A DNA stretch of 8,764 nt, from the IMG/VR virus record IMGVR_UViG_2703718843_000002. One strand, written 5' to 3'. Under the pieces are notes generated by a model. It made no database searches and had not been told where the DNA came from. It was given only the letters and a program-made list of their open reading frames with translations. Below, one piece after another: positions 6,836 to 8,764 of this stretch (positions are counted from its first letter, which is position 1; each line of letters begins with the position of its first letter). A program made the position numbers and the translations under genes. The stretch is from a virus (Duplodnaviria > Heunggongvirae > Uroviricota > Caudoviricetes).

Positions 6836-6867
6836 CGTGCCGCCCTGGCGCGGGGCGCATTCGGTTG

Positions 6868-7611
6868 TTAACTGGCTTTCTTTTTCGGGCGTCCACGTTT
6901 TGCCGGTGTCACGCTCCGGATCTTACGCGGGGCGCGGGTGGCCGCTTTGGGCTGCGGCTCCGGCTTCGGTTTCAGCTCCCGCTCCAGTCGTTCAATCTCT
7001 TTTTTGACGCCTGCCTGACAGTCGAGCTGTGTCGCACGTTGCAGGTGAGCCAGCGCACCGGCGGCATCACCACCATCACGCAGAAACAGACCGGTGATTT
7101 TGTGCAGCTTTGCGCGCACTTCATCAGGCATGTCAGCCGTGGCGGTCAGTTCAAGGGTCTCCGTCAGCAGGCGGGTATCCACAGACTCACCGGCAGCGTG
7201 AGCGCGCATGGCCGCAAGCGCTACCTCCTCGGTGAACATGTACGGCGGGGTACGGCGGTGTTTACCCGGCATGGTCAGACCGTACTTCAGGGCATAACGG
7301 GCAATCTCCAGCGCACCGGCAATATCGCCGGTATCCAGACGCCACAGCATGACCGTCATCAGAATGTCATCCTGTGCACCTTTGCCCTGCTCCAGCACGC
7401 CGTTCACCCACGGCAACCAGAACGGCAGCAGTTCGCGTTTTTTCGCGGCCTTCAGCTCTTTTGAATAAATCGCTTTCAGTGTGCGCTGGTCTGCGGCGAG
7501 CTTAACCAGCATCTGCTCATAGACAGTTGCATGTCGCAGCGGGGCGGCTTCCCGCTGCGCGGTCATCGCTGCCGAGACCCGCATCATGTGGCGCTGTGCG
7601 GGACTCGTCAT
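6868..7611 (-). CDS. M: Terminase small (endonuclease) subunit M, 247 aa
   Basis: 247 aa as in P2 gpM; starts 3 nt after the N stop with GGGAG upstream; strongly basic C-terminal tail. Confidence 0.88.
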   Translation of the reverse strand: MTSPAQRHMMRVSAAMTAQREAAPLRHATVYEQMLVKLAADQRTLKAIYSKELKAAKKRELLPFWLPWVNGVLEQGKGAQDDILMTVMLWRLDTGDIAGALEIARYALKYGLTMPGKHRRTPPYMFTEEVALAAMRAHAAGESVDTRLLTETLELTATADMPDEVRAKLHKITGLFLRDGGDAAGALAHLQRATQLDCQAGVKKEIERLERELKPKPEPQPKAATRAPRKIRSVTPAKRGRPKKKAS

Positions 7612-7614
7612 CGG

Positions 7615-8688
7615 TTACGCTCCCGGCTCTGCGGTCGCTTTAGCCAGTGTGGAGAAATCACCGACCTTAATTTTTTCCACCAGACAACCGGCGGCGTAGT
7701 CTTCCACCACGTAATCAATGTTCATTGACTCGTAGTTCTCCACGCGGTCGAGTTTCGGGTTTTCCTCAATCACGCGGCGATGGCTGTCATCCATGTAGTA
7801 GATGGACAGGTTTTCCAGCTTTGTGATGAGCATCGCATCCGCCGGGAAGTACGGGACGCGTACCGCCGGCAGGTTACCGATGCGTTTCTGGCTGATGATG
7901 ACGTCAGCGGCCAGCATTTCGCTGTTGTCCTGCTCCTTGTTGACGATGGGAAAATACTTGTCCGCCAGTAGCTGACGTCCCACAATCACCACAAGGTCAG
8001 GGTCTTCCTGATACCACGGCTCAATCAGGTTGTTGGTCGCATCCATCACCAGTGCGTCAAGGCTGGCATAATCACCGCCCTTACCCACGCGGATAACCTC
8101 AGAGGTGGTGTGCCCTTCCTCGTCAGTGACCTTGCTCATCACGCGCGCCGGGGCTTCATTGCGGTATTTCTGCAGCCAGCCGACCGCCACATCCTGTAGC
8201 ATCGGATTACTGCTGCGGTCAGAGGTTTCGGCACGCCTCACGCCGTTAAAACCGGCCATGATTAAATCAAGGGACTGGCGTTTGATAATGGCGTTACGGA
8301 TACGGAGCTGGAAATCCTGATAACGCGCCCACAGGTCAAGCGTTTTGTAGCGGATATAAAAATCGAAGTTAATCTGGTCGCATTCGTACTTGTTTGACGC
8401 CAGCTTCGAGAAGTCCTTCGGCTGACGCTCGGTGCCACCGGCGGTGTCGCTGGTGCTGGCGATGGAGCCGGTTACACCAATACCAATTTTTTCCCCTTTC
8501 ATTTCGCTGACCGGCACAATGTTGATGCGGGTCAGAAAGTCAGAGGACTCCTGCATGGTGTTCATCAGGGTCTGGGTGACCGACGGTTCAACGGTGAATT
8601 TTTTCGACACATCACCGGCGTCGATGCCGTTCAGTTCGGCAACACGGGACAGGTAGGCATTAAATTTAAAGCGGGTTTCCTGGCGCAT
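7615..8688 (-). CDS. N: Major capsid protein N, 357 aa
   Basis: 357 aa as in P2 gpN; ATG 8688..8686 is preceded by AGGA about 8 nt upstream; lies between the scaffold C-terminus and terminase M. Confidence 0.92.
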   Translation of the reverse strand: MRQETRFKFNAYLSRVAELNGIDAGDVSKKFTVEPSVTQTLMNTMQESSDFLTRINIVPVSEMKGEKIGIGVTGSIASTSDTAGGTERQPKDFSKLASNKYECDQINFDFYIRYKTLDLWARYQDFQLRIRNAIIKRQSLDLIMAGFNGVRRAETSDRSSNPMLQDVAVGWLQKYRNEAPARVMSKVTDEEGHTTSEVIRVGKGGDYASLDALVMDATNNLIEPWYQEDPDLVVIVGRQLLADKYFPIVNKEQDNSEMLAADVIISQKRIGNLPAVRVPYFPADAMLITKLENLSIYYMDDSHRRVIEENPKLDRVENYESMNIDYVVEDYAAGCLVEKIKVGDFSTLAKATAEPGA

Positions 8689-8702
8689 AGTTTTTCCTGA
8701 AA

Positions 8703-8764
8703 TTAAGGGTTAATCGTGAAGGTTTTCCCGGACTGACTGACGCCGGTCAGCAGTTCGTCATCAG
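8703..8764 (-). CDS. O: Capsid scaffolding protein O, C-terminal ~19 codons (truncated by the window edge)
   Basis: Only one minus-strand frame is open at the right edge (DDELLTGVSQSGKTFTINP then stop at 8705..8703); the stop lies 14 nt upstream of the N start; gene order predicts O. Confidence 0.6.
   Translation of the reverse strand, partial: DDELLTGVSQSGKTFTINP

Larger units (their letters stand above)
1..8764 (-). mobile_element. P2-like (Peduovirus-type) phage/prophage late-gene region: head, lysis, tail-completion and baseplate genes
   Basis: Colinear order O-N-M-L-X-Y-K-lysA-lysB/lysC-R-S-V-W-J-I-H on one strand; product lengths match my recollection of P2; tight stop/start overlaps typical of phage late operons. 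Window edges fall inside genes, so element boundaries are not visible. Confidence 0.9.

Noticed and set aside
6865-7464. Plus-strand 199-aa ORF antisense to M; also plus ORFs 6127..6573, 4840..5241 and 5511..5804
   Set aside because: All lie antisense to high-confidence late genes and have biased, low-complexity composition; most parsimoniously frame shadows.
1-8764. tRNA genes, CRISPR repeats, integrase/att sites, or defence-system cargo
   Set aside because: No cloverleaf-like segments, no regularly spaced direct repeats, and no unassigned coding capacity were seen; the window is fully occupied by conserved late genes.

Overview
The window is a contiguous, single-orientation block of late genes from a P2-like (Peduovirus-type) temperate phage or prophage, all on the minus strand. 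Reading 5' to 3' on the minus strand (high to low coordinates) the order is: scaffold O (last ~19 codons only), major capsid N, terminase small subunit M, head completion L, tail protein X, holin Y, endolysin K, LysA, overlapped spanins LysB/LysC, tail completion R and S, baseplate V, W, J, I, and the N-terminal 280 codons of tail fibre H running off the left edge. Thirteen products have exactly the lengths I recall for P2 itself (N 357, M 247, L 169, X 67, Y 93, K 165, LysA 141, LysB 141, LysC 96, R 155, S 150, V 211, W 115, J 302); this comparison is from memory, not a database search. The genes are tightly packed with many stop/start overlaps. Only two real intergenic gaps exist: M-L (99 bp, containing a long imperfect inverted repeat) and S-V (66 bp, containing a perfect GC-rich 8-bp hairpin and a possible activator dyad). 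I see no tRNA, CRISPR array, integrase, or inserted cargo/defence gene in this window; the long plus-strand ORFs are antisense shadows of the minus-strand genes. My honest assessment is that this is an ordinary conserved structural/lysis core rather than a novel system; the findings are second-look items within it. I cannot tell from this window whether the element is integrated or a free phage genome.
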